Part shown: in pieces, positions 1 through 9,830 of the stretch
How the letters are laid out: each line of letters begins with the position of its first letter
Position numbering within the stretch: the stretch's first letter is position 1
Position numbers and translations under genes: made by a program
The notes under the pieces: generated by a model
What the model saw: the letters and a program-made list of their open reading frames with translations, nothing else
What the model was told of the DNA's origin: nothing
The model's database searches: none
From: a virus
DNA length: 64,000 bases
Reading direction: 5' to 3' (one strand)
IMG/VR virus record: IMGVR_UViG_3300042396_000723
Location: 1-64,000 of that record

Positions 1-675
1 AAAAAAGCGACTCCTGCCAAAACCAAAAAAGCAAAACCCTCAACAAAGCTTAGTGAAGTTAGCAAAGAGCAGAAGAAAGTGGAGGCGATCGCAAAACCAT
101 CCAAAACAATAGGAGATGGAACTCATGACGGTGCACCTAAAAATGCTCAGGAATATTACGATATGGTGACAAAAAGCGGAGGTAAAATCACAAAAGAGGA
201 AGCAGAGGGAACAGCAAGAGCAATTGAAAAATGGGGGTTTGATTCCAATTACGTTAGGGATGTACAAAAAGCGGGTAAATCCAGTCAAGATGAGCAGTAT
301 ATAACCGATTACATCAACAATTCAACTCCGTACAAAGGAGAGGTTTATAGAGGGCTTTTGATCTGGATGGAAAACCCAATGGATCTCATGAAAGTAGGAC
401 AGCCATTGGATAATCAAGGGGCTCACGCTTCTTGGACTTCTAAGTTACAGGTAGCAGAGTATTTTGCTGATGTACCCGACGAGCTTCACTACTCTGTTGT
501 GATTAAGTCAATAAATAATAAAACAGGTGCGTCCATTCGTAACATTGCCGAAGAGTGGCAGGGGGGTTTCACGAAAATGGAGGAGGTCATAGTCCCTAAA
601 AATGCCAAGCATATTGTCAGAAGTATTAAGGAGACAAGAAAAGATGTCTTCTTTGTAGAGGTAGAAGAGGTTTGA
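1..675 (+). CDS. ADP-ribosyltransferase-like domain protein (possible MuF/minor-head associated), 5' end outside window
   Basis: Frame is open from nt 1 with no stop, so the GTG at 79 is not the true start. Translation has YRG, SWTS and MEEVIVP motifs resembling the R / S-T-S / E-x-E triad of ART toxins. Confidence 0.4.
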   Translation, partial: KKATPAKTKKAKPSTKLSEVSKEQKKVEAIAKPSKTIGDGTHDGAPKNAQEYYDMVTKSGGKITKEEAEGTARAIEKWGFDSNYVRDVQKAGKSSQDEQYITDYINNSTPYKGEVYRGLLIWMENPMDLMKVGQPLDNQGAHASWTSKLQVAEYFADVPDELHYSVVIKSINNKTGASIRNIAEEWQGGFTKMEEVIVPKNAKHIVRSIKETRKDVFFVEVEEV

Positions 676-691
676 TTCCTTCCAAAATAAA

Positions 692-716
692 ACCCCAAGA
701 ATACCTGGGGTTTTAT
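692..716 (+). terminator. intrinsic terminator
   Basis: ACCCCA/TGGGGT stem, 8-nt loop, then TTTTATT directly after the stop at 675 (coordinates approx.). Confidence 0.6.
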
Positions 717-886
717 TGTTACAATTCAAATTAAACCGATGTGTACTATTCAATGGGAATGGAAATAATGTACCGCAACCCTGCCTATTTAGTCAGAAAA
801 GACCCTGAAATGTTCGACTTTATTTATGCTGTTGTAAGACAACGTTAAACCGTTTGTTGATATAATTAAGAAAACTAGGGTTAACT

Positions 887-1483
887 ATGGATTTTAATAT
901 TTTTGAGTTAGACGGCAACAGATACCCACTAGAAAAGCCTATTGATTTCCTTCTGAATTGGGCAATGGAGGCATCGGCAGACGAGTTCAAGAGCAAGGAA
1001 TCATTAGATAAAATATCAAAGGTTGTTAAGGCTGTTTGTCCTGCTATTCCTAACGACTACTTCTTTACGGTTGACCCGCAGTGTACGATCCCTTTGATTG
1101 ACAGCTATCAAATAATTGACTTTGTAGCTAAATTAATGGTTTGTGTTATTGAGCGACGGATTAAGGTTATTGAGTCAATCCCAGAAGAAGACAGGGTATC
1201 TTTAAAAGTTGATATTGATCAAAAGGTGGCATTATTCCGTCAAGTTGTTGACCGCATCAGCAAGCAATTCTCTGACTTGAAGTTTAGCCTAATTTTGGGA
1301 GGGATTCAGATAACCAATAACGACAAACCACCATCCCCTGTGTCACAAGAAGATCCGAAACTTGTGGCATTGAATCGGCAGATGTGGACAGGGGTGTCCC
1401 CACAGACAGATTCAAAAATCATGGAACTGAAACGACAGATGGAGGATCTAAGTTCTGAGATTGCTCTACTAGAAAAGGTTTAA
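887..1483 (+). CDS. hypothetical protein, C-terminal coiled coil
   Basis: 198-aa ORF with ATG start; no recognisable motif. Confidence 0.55.
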   Translation: MDFNIFELDGNRYPLEKPIDFLLNWAMEASADEFKSKESLDKISKVVKAVCPAIPNDYFFTVDPQCTIPLIDSYQIIDFVAKLMVCVIERRIKVIESIPEEDRVSLKVDIDQKVALFRQVVDRISKQFSDLKFSLILGGIQITNNDKPPSPVSQEDPKLVALNRQMWTGVSPQTDSKIMELKRQMEDLSSEIALLEKV

Positions 1484-1484
1484 T

Positions 1485-1682
1485 TCAGTCCCCGTATCGA
1501 TCCTGGTACTCCTCAATCCCCATTTCTAGGAGCATCAAGAAAAAATAAGTCATCTCCAAAGAGTCAGAAGCGTCGTGCTTGCTGGCTTTTTCTTTTTGGG
1601 CGATCGCTTCTACCTTCTTATATAGGGGCATGGGAACACGGATGGACATTTTACGTTTTTCGATTCCGTCTGAAACTGGCAT
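1485..1682 (-). CDS. ribbon-helix-helix (CopG/Arc-like) DNA-binding protein
   Basis: 65 aa; N-terminal MSIRVPMPLYKKVEAIAQKE resembles an RHH beta-strand plus helix. Confidence 0.45.
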   Translation of the reverse strand: MPVSDGIEKRKMSIRVPMPLYKKVEAIAQKEKASKHDASDSLEMTYFFLMLLEMGIEEYQDRYGD

Positions 1683-1831
1683 TTTATAGGACTCCTAGCG
1701 AATTAAAAAATATTTTAGCATACCCCTTGACATTTGTAGGACAACCGGCTATTATTGGAAATGTGGATGGGAAAACACCCGAAACGACACCCGCCACAAA
1801 AACCAAAAACGCCACAGAGTAAGTAAACCCC

Positions 1832-2062
1832 ATGAACGCAACATTTAAAAGACTACTGGCTATTGACGACCTCAGAACCGCAAACATTGACCTCAACGAA
1901 TGGAAAGCCCTGGAAAGTGAATTAACCGATCCCGAATGCGTGGAGGTTGAAACAATCCCGAACTTCTATAAAACGCTGGCTAAATATACCGAGAAACGTC
2001 AGAAAGCTATGACAGCTTATCGCAAAGCGCATTTGGAATATTTAATCGAAATCGACTCATAG
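1832..2062 (+). CDS. hypothetical protein
   Basis: 76-aa ORF in the operon leading to the tape-measure gene. Confidence 0.4.
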   Translation: MNATFKRLLAIDDLRTANIDLNEWKALESELTDPECVEVETIPNFYKTLAKYTEKRQKAMTAYRKAHLEYLIEIDS

Positions 2063-2100
2063 CTTCCCAAACCGCAAACTCTACACTACAAAGGACAATT

Positions 2101-2766
2101 ATGCTTTTTACTCAACACATCAACGCATTAAATTCAGGTATCACCTCCATTCAATCCCGAATTGACGAACTAGAGGCTATTCTTAAAGGGTTACGCAACG
2201 ACAAAACCAATTTGGAAGCCGAACTTCAAACAGTCCTAACCTTAGAAGGTGCGGCGGAATCAGCTATCAATCAAGCTCAGTCTTTTGTTAACGCCGCCGA
2301 TTCTATGGGACGGACTGACCTGATCGCCACTTTCTGGCAGGCTATGGACGCTATGCAAAAAGGAGCGATCGCACAACTCCCAGAATCACCGGAACCCGAA
2401 CCTACCCCCGAACCCGAACCTACCCCCGAACCACAATCCCCAACCGATGACGTGATCACGGTAGAAGTGACACCGGAACCACAATCCCCAACCGATGACG
2501 TGATCACGGTAGAAGTGACACCGGAACCCGAACCCACCACCCCGACAACGCCAGATCCCATGACTGAAACTCAAAACGGTAAAGTCCCTCAGTCGGTAGG
2601 GAGTGCAGCTTTTAGCACAAAAGATGCTACCTTGGAAGAACTAAAAGAATATGTCCGAAACTTTCAATCGGACGATAAGACAAAAGTTCACGGGAAACTT
2701 AGTCAACGAAGTACCTGGGTGATCGCTGCCAAACAACTTATGAATATCTCAGACTACACGAAATAA
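2101..2766 (+). CDS. hypothetical protein with N-terminal coiled coil and PEPT-rich repetitive linker
   Basis: 221-aa ORF; internal PEPEPTPEPEPT and duplicated PEPQSPTDDVITVEVT segment. Confidence 0.55.
   Translation: MLFTQHINALNSGITSIQSRIDELEAILKGLRNDKTNLEAELQTVLTLEGAAESAINQAQSFVNAADSMGRTDLIATFWQAMDAMQKGAIAQLPESPEPEPTPEPEPTPEPQSPTDDVITVEVTPEPQSPTDDVITVEVTPEPEPTTPTTPDPMTETQNGKVPQSVGSAAFSTKDATLEELKEYVRNFQSDDKTKVHGKLSQRSTWVIAAKQLMNISDYTK
2428..2523 (+). repeat. perfect 48-bp tandem direct repeat (2 units) inside CDS 2101-2766
   Basis: gaaccacaatccccaaccgatgacgtgatcacggtagaagtgacaccg occurs twice head-to-tail. Confidence 0.9.
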
Positions 2767-2877
2767 GTAAAAATCCCAGACTGTACACCTGGGATTTAAT
2801 CAAAAAAGACAAGTAGATTCGCGAATCAATAAACCATAACCTCTTGATTTAATACTAACAAATCAAGGGGTTTTAGG

Positions 2878-5800
2878 ATGTCAAGTTCAAGTCTTAGCGG
2901 AGTCAGTATCACGATCTCGGCAAGTAATCAAGTTTCTCCTGTCCTTAGATCAATTCAAGAGGAGTTGCTTGGGCTGCGCCAACCCCTTCAGGTACTTGAC
3001 TTGTTTCGGAGTTCCTTTGGGGGGATAACGTCATCTATTGTTCAGGCTACGACAACTATCGGCTTCTTTGGGCAGGGGATGTCAACGCTTCGAGGGTTGG
3101 TTTCTAACGGCCCGTTTAAATTGTTGATTGGACAAACAGTCGAATTACATGGGCAGTTGCTATCGGTCGCTTCAACTATGGCGGCAACCTCAAAAATTAT
3201 TAGTAACGGGTTTGAAATTAAAGATCCTACACAAGCGATTCAGGCACTCAACCAACCTATAAACGAACAGATTAGACAGTTAAGAATTGATTCTATTGAT
3301 CTAGTTGGGGTCACGTCTAAGCAGTTGATTCCAGTATTTCAACAGGTGGCACAGGGTGCGACACCGATTGGAGCAACCCTAAGCGACGCAAGGAGTTTAA
3401 CCATTGACTTTGCAGCCGCACTGGGAACTTTACAAGTTCCATTGTTTCAAAGTAGGCAAGAAATTCAATCAATTTTTCTAGGAACAATTGATATGAATTC
3501 TATCCTGGCTAAATCGTTGGGGATAACTAACGTGATGGTTGCCAAGTGGAAGGCTCAGGGAACTTTGGTGCAGGAATTGACCACGCGATTGTCTGCATTT
3601 AGGGCCGGGAACAAATTGGCAGCCCAGAGTTTTTCTGGGGTAACTTCAAACATTCAAGAGATGTTTGAATTGATAGGACAAAGATCGGGGGAAAAACTAT
3701 TAACACCTTTGACTCAATCCCTAAACGAAGTCTACAAGTTTTTACAAACGAACCTTGATATGTTGGTGGGTGAATCGGGGAAGGTTACAGATCAGATCCT
3801 TCGCGCGGGTCTAGCCTTCCAGTCTATTTTTAAAACGGTTCTTGGGGATGTGGTGACGGTCTTTAAGGATGTTCCATTATTCTTGTTTACCTCTCTAGCG
3901 AACGCATTGGAGGCACTGAATCAAGGTCTGGGATTCACGATGGCGGTATTGCGTCCTGCCATTAACCTGTTCGCGGCATTATCAAGTGCGGTAGCTCCCC
4001 TCGCTTCTGGTTTCCTTGTGATTGCCCTTCAGGTAAAAGCCCTCACTGTTGGAGTAGGAATACTTTCTAAGGCTTTTGGGGTATTAGGCGGCATTCTGTT
4101 ACCCGGTGTCGGGCAAATCTTCCCCCTCCTTGTTGCTAACGCAGGTGCTTTAGGCGCTGCTTTTACGGGGCTTGGGGGAGCAACTATCTTCAGTTCTGTA
4201 GGTATGGCTCAATTCTCTGCCAACCTTCAGCGAATACCCGGCGCAATGACGTTAATGGCTTCTGCTACGGCAGCGTTAGGGAATCTTCTCAGGACAGTTG
4301 GCTTGGCGGTTGTCGCATTTGGTGCGTTCAAAATAATTGATGAATTTATCCTCAAAAACAGGGGGTTAATGGAAGTCCTTGGGGGTGTATTTGGGGGGTT
4401 GGGTGAAGTTGTCAATATTTTAATCGGGTCTTGGCAGTCAGCCTTGATCACTTCGACTGTTGTTGTCGGGGGGTTAGCGATCGCATTCCGCGCTCAATTA
4501 ATCCCTGCGGTTTTGTCGTTTATCTCAATTCAATTAGCTGGTGTTGTAACCAGTTCTGCATCTGCATTTGTGTTTCTTGCCGGAGTATTGACTTCTCTTG
4601 GATTTAGTAGTATGGCTATCACGGCCGGAACTGCTGCACTTCATTTACAAATGCTGTCTGCGTCTGCAAGTCTGGGAACATTGACTATGGGAGGGTTGGC
4701 TCTTGCTATTAAAAGTGTAGCCTTATCTGTAGCTACGTTACTCGCTCCTTTGGCTGCTGTAACTGCGGTAGTGGGAGGTGTTGGACTTGTTCTTTATAGT
4801 CAATCCTTAAAGGATTCTACAGAAGCCACACAGGAGTTAGCTAATAGAACTGAAGAATATGGGGATTTAGCTATTGATTCGCTTGAGAAACTGTCTGTGG
4901 CTCAGAAAAAGCAACAGGAGTCAGAGAAATCAGGGATTAGATTGACCGACGAAGAATATAAAAACAATCAAAAACTTCAAAATCAAGCCAAACTCAGGAT
5001 CGGATTAATAGAGGATCAAATAACTGCATTAAAAGAGCAGGAAAAAACAGTTAAGGGTGATGCCAACAAGTCTAACATTCAATCTCAAATAGGTGAGCTA
5101 GAAAAACTAAAAACGGCATTAGCTCAAGCATCTTCTAATGTGGTTATTGCACCAAAAGATTTAATGGTATTGGGGACGGCGTTAGAACAGTTAAAGAAAA
5201 AAGCAAATGAAGCTATGGACGCAATTCTAAAACCATCTGGAGATCAGGAGGTGTTTAAGAAAAAGGCATCCGAGGTTATTGAATTTAACATGGCTTTGTT
5301 AGAAATGGGGCAAACAATTGATAAGGATGTTATTACTAAACTACGTCAGTTAGCTAACGATACAAGGTTAGATCAAGAGGTTCAACGCAAGGCACAGGAA
5401 ACAATTACTAAAGTCATTGAGCAGGAAAGCAAAAAGCGATCCGATACTATTGCAAAACAAAAAGCAGAGGTAGAATCTCAACAAAAAAACGGGGAGATAG
5501 GAGTAAGGAAATCGGAAAAGTTAATAACTGATTTAACTATCAAGGAATTAGAGGAACGGAAATCAGCCCAACAAGAAATCCAGTCCGAGCAACGAGCTTT
5601 TGGAAACATTGAAGCAGCCCGAAAAGCAGGGGAAGAAATCAAGAAAATAGAATCAGATATTACTAAAGCAATTGCAGAGGAACGGTCTAAACGAAACGAG
5701 GAACTGGTTAAAAACTTTCAGGAGCAACAGTCAATTATTGAGGGGTATCTCGCCCAAGGATTAACCACAGAGAAAAACTACAACAACCAAAAATCACAGT

Positions 5801-7926
5801 TACAAATCGAGGGATTGGACGAACAAATTAGGCAGCAGCGAAACAAATTAGGAAAATTAGCAGGGGATGATAAAGAAGGTCGGGAGGCTATTAACGCCGA
5901 GATAGGGAAACTCCAAGTTCAACGGCAAAAAACAATTAAGGACGGTTATGATCAAGAGCTTTCTACCCTTGAAAAACAACTCCAGAAAACCGTTGATTTA
6001 GTCAAAGAGGCTGAATTAATTAGACAAAGTGAAGTTCAGAAGTCGTTTAATGAATTTGGAGGTAATCAGAATTTAATTAACGAGGAAAATGTAAAAAACA
6101 ACCTTAAGACCCTTGAGGCTGAATACAGTAACACGGTTAAAAAATTAAAGGAAACAAAATCTCAACCAGCACTATCAGATCCCCGACTAGAGACTGACAG
6201 ACAAACTAAAATCAGAAAGTTAAGACAAGAACAACTCCAACAATCTTTGGGGATGTTGAAAGTCGAGAAAGAAGCCTGGGATGCTCATACTCAAACCGTT
6301 TTAGGGAATATTGCCAAAGAAAACAATGCCCAACTATTAAGCATAGAAAAGCAGATTAATAGCGGTAACGTACTGAGGGAATTAGAGGGGGCTGCAAGTG
6401 CTACCGATAAAGTTCAGGAGTTGCAAGTTCTACTTAGTCGAGAAAAAGACATTAATAAGCAAGCCGAGTTAAGGTTGTCCCTAGAGAAAGCTATCAGGGA
6501 AGAACGGGAAGCCTGGGGAGCGTTGGGGATTGCCGAAATTGAAGCAATTAACAATCTTGAGTTAATCGCCTTAAAAAATCTGCTAAACCAAGGGAAAATT
6601 CTCAAGGAAGAATACGATCTGAAAATAGCACAGCAAGCCATAGAAACATTACAAAAACGAATTAGTTTAGAGACGGATGTTGGCAAGAAAATCAAGCTCC
6701 AATTACAGCTAGTTGAAGAACAAGGGCGGTTGATTGATGCAAACGTAAGGAGATACGAAGCAGGGTTAAACAAGGAAGCACAAGCCTACGAGAACACCAT
6801 TAAACGCCAGAATAATGAACTAGACAATCAGAGTCGGAAATTCGATATTCTCAATAAAGCCCTTCAGATGCGTTCGGAATTACAGGACGCACAGAAGGGG
6901 GTGTTTGACGCGGCTAGTAGCTTTTACTCAGGGGAATTAGATGCTTTAGTCCAAGGGGAACGCTCCGAACGGAAGAAAAAACAACTTGCAGAATTAATCT
7001 CGGCTATTAAATTAAAATCAGCAATACAGCAAGCTGAATTTGAGAAACAAAGTCTGATATCCCAACAATTAATGAAAACCATCGAGCTTGAACGGGAGAA
7101 AATAGCTGCTAGAAGGGCGCTGAATGATGCGAAAATTGAAAAAAGAAAAGCTGATAATGCTCTTAAAGTAGCAAAAAAAGATCCTAGAACAACTCCAGAA
7201 CAGTTAGAGGAGCTGCAAACAGCGGCAGATATAGCAGGGGAGAACGTTGGCTACCAAGAGCAAAATTTGGGTTTATTACGAAAACAAGAATTTAACCAGT
7301 CAAAGGTTTTTAAACTCCAGAGAGAAGCGTTAGAATTCCGCAGTCAAGGGGCTATTCGTTCGGCACAGGTAGACTTAGCGAACAACACCAGTAACAGATC
7401 ATTGAGACGACAGCGTTTTGCTGATATTACATCCAGTGTGCTTGATAGTTTTGGAGTAGACAGTATAAATGATCTAACGGGTCGAGCCGCGGCGACGGGA
7501 GAACAAGCCCTCAGAGAAAGTGGATTAAGGGGGGGTAGAAGACTTCCAGGGGGATTATCAGCAGAAGAACAGATGCGAAGCCTTAGAGGGGATTCTGGGG
7601 ATTTTTCTGGTGCAACAGGTAGCGCACCTTCTGAAATCTACAAACTAACTGGCGGACTCGGTGGGGGGTCGGCATCATCTCCTCAATTAACAGATCCTCT
7701 CAAACTTCCCTCTGCTTTGTCTCCTGTCCTATCCCCCATCGTCTCCCCAGACTTCTCACGGGCATTGCAGCAAGCTACAGGGAAAGGTCAAACGACAATT
7801 TCTCCAACAATAAATATCCCGATTACCGTAAACGGCGATCAAAAAGTGGGAGAATCAATTAAGAAACAGGTTGAACCAAGGTTAGAAAATGTTATTCAAC
7901 GAATGGTTAATCTCTCCCGTAATTAG
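2878..7926 (+). CDS. tail tape-measure-like protein
   Basis: 1682 aa; N-terminal third is Gly/Ala-rich with multiple hydrophobic segments, remainder is long K/E/Q-rich coiled coil; size and composition typical of a TMP. Confidence 0.6.
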   Translation: MSSSSLSGVSITISASNQVSPVLRSIQEELLGLRQPLQVLDLFRSSFGGITSSIVQATTTIGFFGQGMSTLRGLVSNGPFKLLIGQTVELHGQLLSVASTMAATSKIISNGFEIKDPTQAIQALNQPINEQIRQLRIDSIDLVGVTSKQLIPVFQQVAQGATPIGATLSDARSLTIDFAAALGTLQVPLFQSRQEIQSIFLGTIDMNSILAKSLGITNVMVAKWKAQGTLVQELTTRLSAFRAGNKLAAQSFSGVTSNIQEMFELIGQRSGEKLLTPLTQSLNEVYKFLQTNLDMLVGESGKVTDQILRAGLAFQSIFKTVLGDVVTVFKDVPLFLFTSLANALEALNQGLGFTMAVLRPAINLFAALSSAVAPLASGFLVIALQVKALTVGVGILSKAFGVLGGILLPGVGQIFPLLVANAGALGAAFTGLGGATIFSSVGMAQFSANLQRIPGAMTLMASATAALGNLLRTVGLAVVAFGAFKIIDEFILKNRGLMEVLGGVFGGLGEVVNILIGSWQSALITSTVVVGGLAIAFRAQLIPAVLSFISIQLAGVVTSSASAFVFLAGVLTSLGFSSMAITAGTAALHLQMLSASASLGTLTMGGLALAIKSVALSVATLLAPLAAVTAVVGGVGLVLYSQSLKDSTEATQELANRTEEYGDLAIDSLEKLSVAQKKQQESEKSGIRLTDEEYKNNQKLQNQAKLRIGLIEDQITALKEQEKTVKGDANKSNIQSQIGELEKLKTALAQASSNVVIAPKDLMVLGTALEQLKKKANEAMDAILKPSGDQEVFKKKASEVIEFNMALLEMGQTIDKDVITKLRQLANDTRLDQEVQRKAQETITKVIEQESKKRSDTIAKQKAEVESQQKNGEIGVRKSEKLITDLTIKELEERKSAQQEIQSEQRAFGNIEAARKAGEEIKKIESDITKAIAEERSKRNEELVKNFQEQQSIIEGYLAQGLTTEKNYNNQKSQLQIEGLDEQIRQQRNKLGKLAGDDKEGREAINAEIGKLQVQRQKTIKDGYDQELSTLEKQLQKTVDLVKEAELIRQSEVQKSFNEFGGNQNLINEENVKNNLKTLEAEYSNTVKKLKETKSQPALSDPRLETDRQTKIRKLRQEQLQQSLGMLKVEKEAWDAHTQTVLGNIAKENNAQLLSIEKQINSGNVLRELEGAASATDKVQELQVLLSREKDINKQAELRLSLEKAIREEREAWGALGIAEIEAINNLELIALKNLLNQGKILKEEYDLKIAQQAIETLQKRISLETDVGKKIKLQLQLVEEQGRLIDANVRRYEAGLNKEAQAYENTIKRQNNELDNQSRKFDILNKALQMRSELQDAQKGVFDAASSFYSGELDALVQGERSERKKKQLAELISAIKLKSAIQQAEFEKQSLISQQLMKTIELEREKIAARRALNDAKIEKRKADNALKVAKKDPRTTPEQLEELQTAADIAGENVGYQEQNLGLLRKQEFNQSKVFKLQREALEFRSQGAIRSAQVDLANNTSNRSLRRQRFADITSSVLDSFGVDSINDLTGRAAATGEQALRESGLRGGRRLPGGLSAEEQMRSLRGDSGDFSGATGSAPSEIYKLTGGLGGGSASSPQLTDPLKLPSALSPVLSPIVSPDFSRALQQATGKGQTTISPTINIPITVNGDQKVGESIKKQVEPRLENVIQRMVNLSRN

Positions 7927-7968
7927 TAGAGCCAATGCACAGGCTTGAATAGGTAGTGTTGAATGGTT

Positions 7969-8502
7969 TTAACTGGATTGTGATTGAGACCAATCGACAG
8001 CCGGCTTTATTGCTGCCATATAAAGATAAGGGAATAGTGTTGTCAGGTCTCCCCCTGTAATATTCTTTTTGAGGTGGGTTCTAAGCCATTTTATTATTGG
8101 TAAACCGCCCGATGTACCTAAAACGTAGTTAATAAAAACACTAAATTCACTTTTTAAATTTTCGTCCAATTGATTCATGTATTTGTCAATATCGGGGAGT
8201 AAAACATCCTGTCCGCAACTCAATACTTTAGATGCTAATTTAAAAGATTGAGCTATTTCTCCATTCTTGTTCTCTTGGAGTTGTAAATCCTTGCGTTGAG
8301 AATCAAAAAAACTTCCAGCTTTGATTCGATATCGAAGATAGTCACTCAGAATTTGATCGTCAAATATTGATGATTGCCGATTCTTTAGTATGTCAACTAG
8401 ATCCGTTTTTCCGTAGTTAGGATCTAACGCTTTCCGACGCTTTGCTTCTCCCATGTTTTTATCCCCAAAACTCTCAATAATTATACCGTATTTTGGACAC
8501 AA
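7969..8502 (-). CDS. hypothetical protein
   Basis: 177-aa ORF, ATG start. Confidence 0.5.
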   Translation of the reverse strand: MCPKYGIIIESFGDKNMGEAKRRKALDPNYGKTDLVDILKNRQSSIFDDQILSDYLRYRIKAGSFFDSQRKDLQLQENKNGEIAQSFKLASKVLSCGQDVLLPDIDKYMNQLDENLKSEFSVFINYVLGTSGGLPIIKWLRTHLKKNITGGDLTTLFPYLYMAAIKPAVDWSQSQSS

Positions 8503-8539
8503 CTAAACAATGAAAATGATATAATTAATAATAACAAAA

Positions 8540-8572
8540 CCCCTCGCGGTGCGTGAACACCCAGGGGTAGTA
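8540..8572 (+). promoter_or_regulatory. conserved 5' leader stem-loop motif, copy 1 (second copy at 19106-19141)
   Basis: CCCCTCGCGGTGCGTGAACACCCAGGGGTAGTAAACC about 30 nt upstream of the 8602 start; near-identical architecture upstream of 19162. Confidence 0.35.
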
Positions 8573-8601
8573 AACCAAAACTTCTAAGGAGACGGTTCAC
8601 C

Positions 8602-9138
8602 ATGTCAGATATTGTAAGATCAATCCGTGCAGAATTGAATCTAGGGGATAAAATTATTGATTGCTACCTATTCCCAGATGGAGAGAAACGGATCGGAATA
8701 GGTGGGGCGAGTATTGCTATCGGACGGAATAAAGAGTATTTGAGCAAGTCGGCTAAAAAGGGTACTAAAACGCTCAATGGCTTATGGGATATAGGTTACA
8801 CAGGTCGCCTAGAGGAAACCGAGATAAAAAATGATAGAGGTGCGACACGAAGTAAGACTATCTCAACCAGAGACTTTACAAAAGTAATCACATGGGACGC
8901 TGTAGTAAACAAAAATCAGAGTTCAATTGTCCTGTTAGCTGCTTTTGCTGAAACTGGGTTAGACGTAATTGTAGACAAGTTGTTCGACAATAAATCCGTA
9001 GATTTCCTACTGGAGAAAATTGTCCACTATACGAAATGGACTACAGAAGATCTCCAGGATGCCTTAAATGCCAACTATGACGATTGGAGCGTGATTGTGG
9101 AACAAGAGCAATTTTTGTTAGAGGGAGGGTTGAACTAA
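8602..9138 (+). CDS. hypothetical protein
   Basis: 178-aa ORF; stop overlaps the next start (TAATG). Confidence 0.55.
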   Translation: MSDIVRSIRAELNLGDKIIDCYLFPDGEKRIGIGGASIAIGRNKEYLSKSAKKGTKTLNGLWDIGYTGRLEETEIKNDRGATRSKTISTRDFTKVITWDAVVNKNQSSIVLLAAFAETGLDVIVDKLFDNKSVDFLLEKIVHYTKWTTEDLQDALNANYDDWSVIVEQEQFLLEGGLN

Positions 9139-9539
9139 TGAAACCCATCATAGAATCCAGAAAGTTTCCTATTCGGTTTTGCCACGTTATCCAGTGTGAA
9201 GGTTTTAGACTCCCTGATAGAGAATACCGAGTCACCATTGAATCAGCAATTTCTGTTGTCGGGTACGCCGAACTTAGACAACTTGATCCATTGACTGCGC
9301 TAAAGGAATTGGGGTTTAAGCATCGAGGGGAAATTATCAAAGTTAGAGATATTGAAACTCAAGTCATTTTTGAAACCTTGGGACTCCCCGATTTTAGTCG
9401 CCTAATATCTTTAGCATCAAGAATGGGGAAGCCTCACTCAGTGGCGTTTGTTGAGTCTATCGTTTCCACAGCCTTAGAAGATTGGTTTAGAGACTGCCAG
9501 AGGGAACAGATCGGGGTTGTAGGGGATTTAATCAGATAG
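9138..9539 (+). CDS. hypothetical protein
   Basis: In-frame ATG (MKPIIESRKF) overlapping the upstream stop; the track's longer GTG-start ORF from 9084 would overlap the previous gene. Confidence 0.5.
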   Translation: MKPIIESRKFPIRFCHVIQCEGFRLPDREYRVTIESAISVVGYAELRQLDPLTALKELGFKHRGEIIKVRDIETQVIFETLGLPDFSRLISLASRMGKPHSVAFVESIVSTALEDWFRDCQREQIGVVGDLIR

Positions 9540-9558
9540 TCGAATTAGATATCAAAAA

Positions 9559-9590
9559 GGCGCGGGGTTGAATCCGTGCCTAAGTTTTTT
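9559..9590. terminator. putative bidirectional intrinsic terminator
   Basis: GGCGCGG/CCGTGCC stem (one G-U) with loop GGTTGAAT, T6 downstream and A5 upstream; sits between converging + and - genes. Confidence 0.4.
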
Positions 9591-9620
9591 GGATTGGTTA
9601 ACGCAGTCTAAACGGAATTG

Positions 9621-9830
9621 CTAGGGATTGTGCGATCGCATACCATAATTTTTAGACATACGGAACCAGAAACAATCAAGGCAGAATTGAGAATTTGGCT
9701 TAACATCAAAACTAAATCCCAACCATCCATTTATGGGGTAAAAAGAAATACCATAATCACCCAAAAATATAAAGTCTGGCTCTTTTGTGTTTTCACTGCC
9801 GAGCAATACTGGATAAAAGTTTATGTGCAT
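9621..9830 (-). CDS. hypothetical protein
   Basis: 69-aa ORF continuing the minus-strand block; an overlapping plus-strand ORF (9618-9851) was not chosen. Confidence 0.3.
   Translation of the reverse strand: MHINFYPVLLGSENTKEPDFIFLGDYGISFYPINGWLGFSFDVKPNSQFCLDCFWFRMSKNYGMRSHNP

Noticed and set aside
40-753. Minus-strand ORFs 40-288, 489-698 and 508-753
   Set aside because: Overlap the plus-strand ART-like ORF and its terminator; low-complexity translations.
2400-2530. CRISPR array suggested by tandem repeats (also 24546-24640 and 62400-62800)
   Set aside because: Two to six units, no unique spacers, and all lie inside coding sequence.
2277-2574. Minus-strand ORFs 2277-2561 and 2386-2574 (Gly/Ser-rich)
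   Set aside because: Antisense translations of the PEPT-repeat region of the plus-strand gene; repeat-driven artefacts.
2771-2800. Hairpin ATCCCAG/CTGGGAT between gene 2101-2766 and the tape-measure gene as a terminator
   Set aside because: Stem is followed by TTAATCAAAAAA, not a U-tract, and the genes appear co-transcribed; at most an attenuator.
4227-6773. Minus-strand ORFs 4227-4451 and 6414-6773
   Set aside because: Lie wholly inside the tape-measure-like gene on the opposite strand; no SD or motifs.
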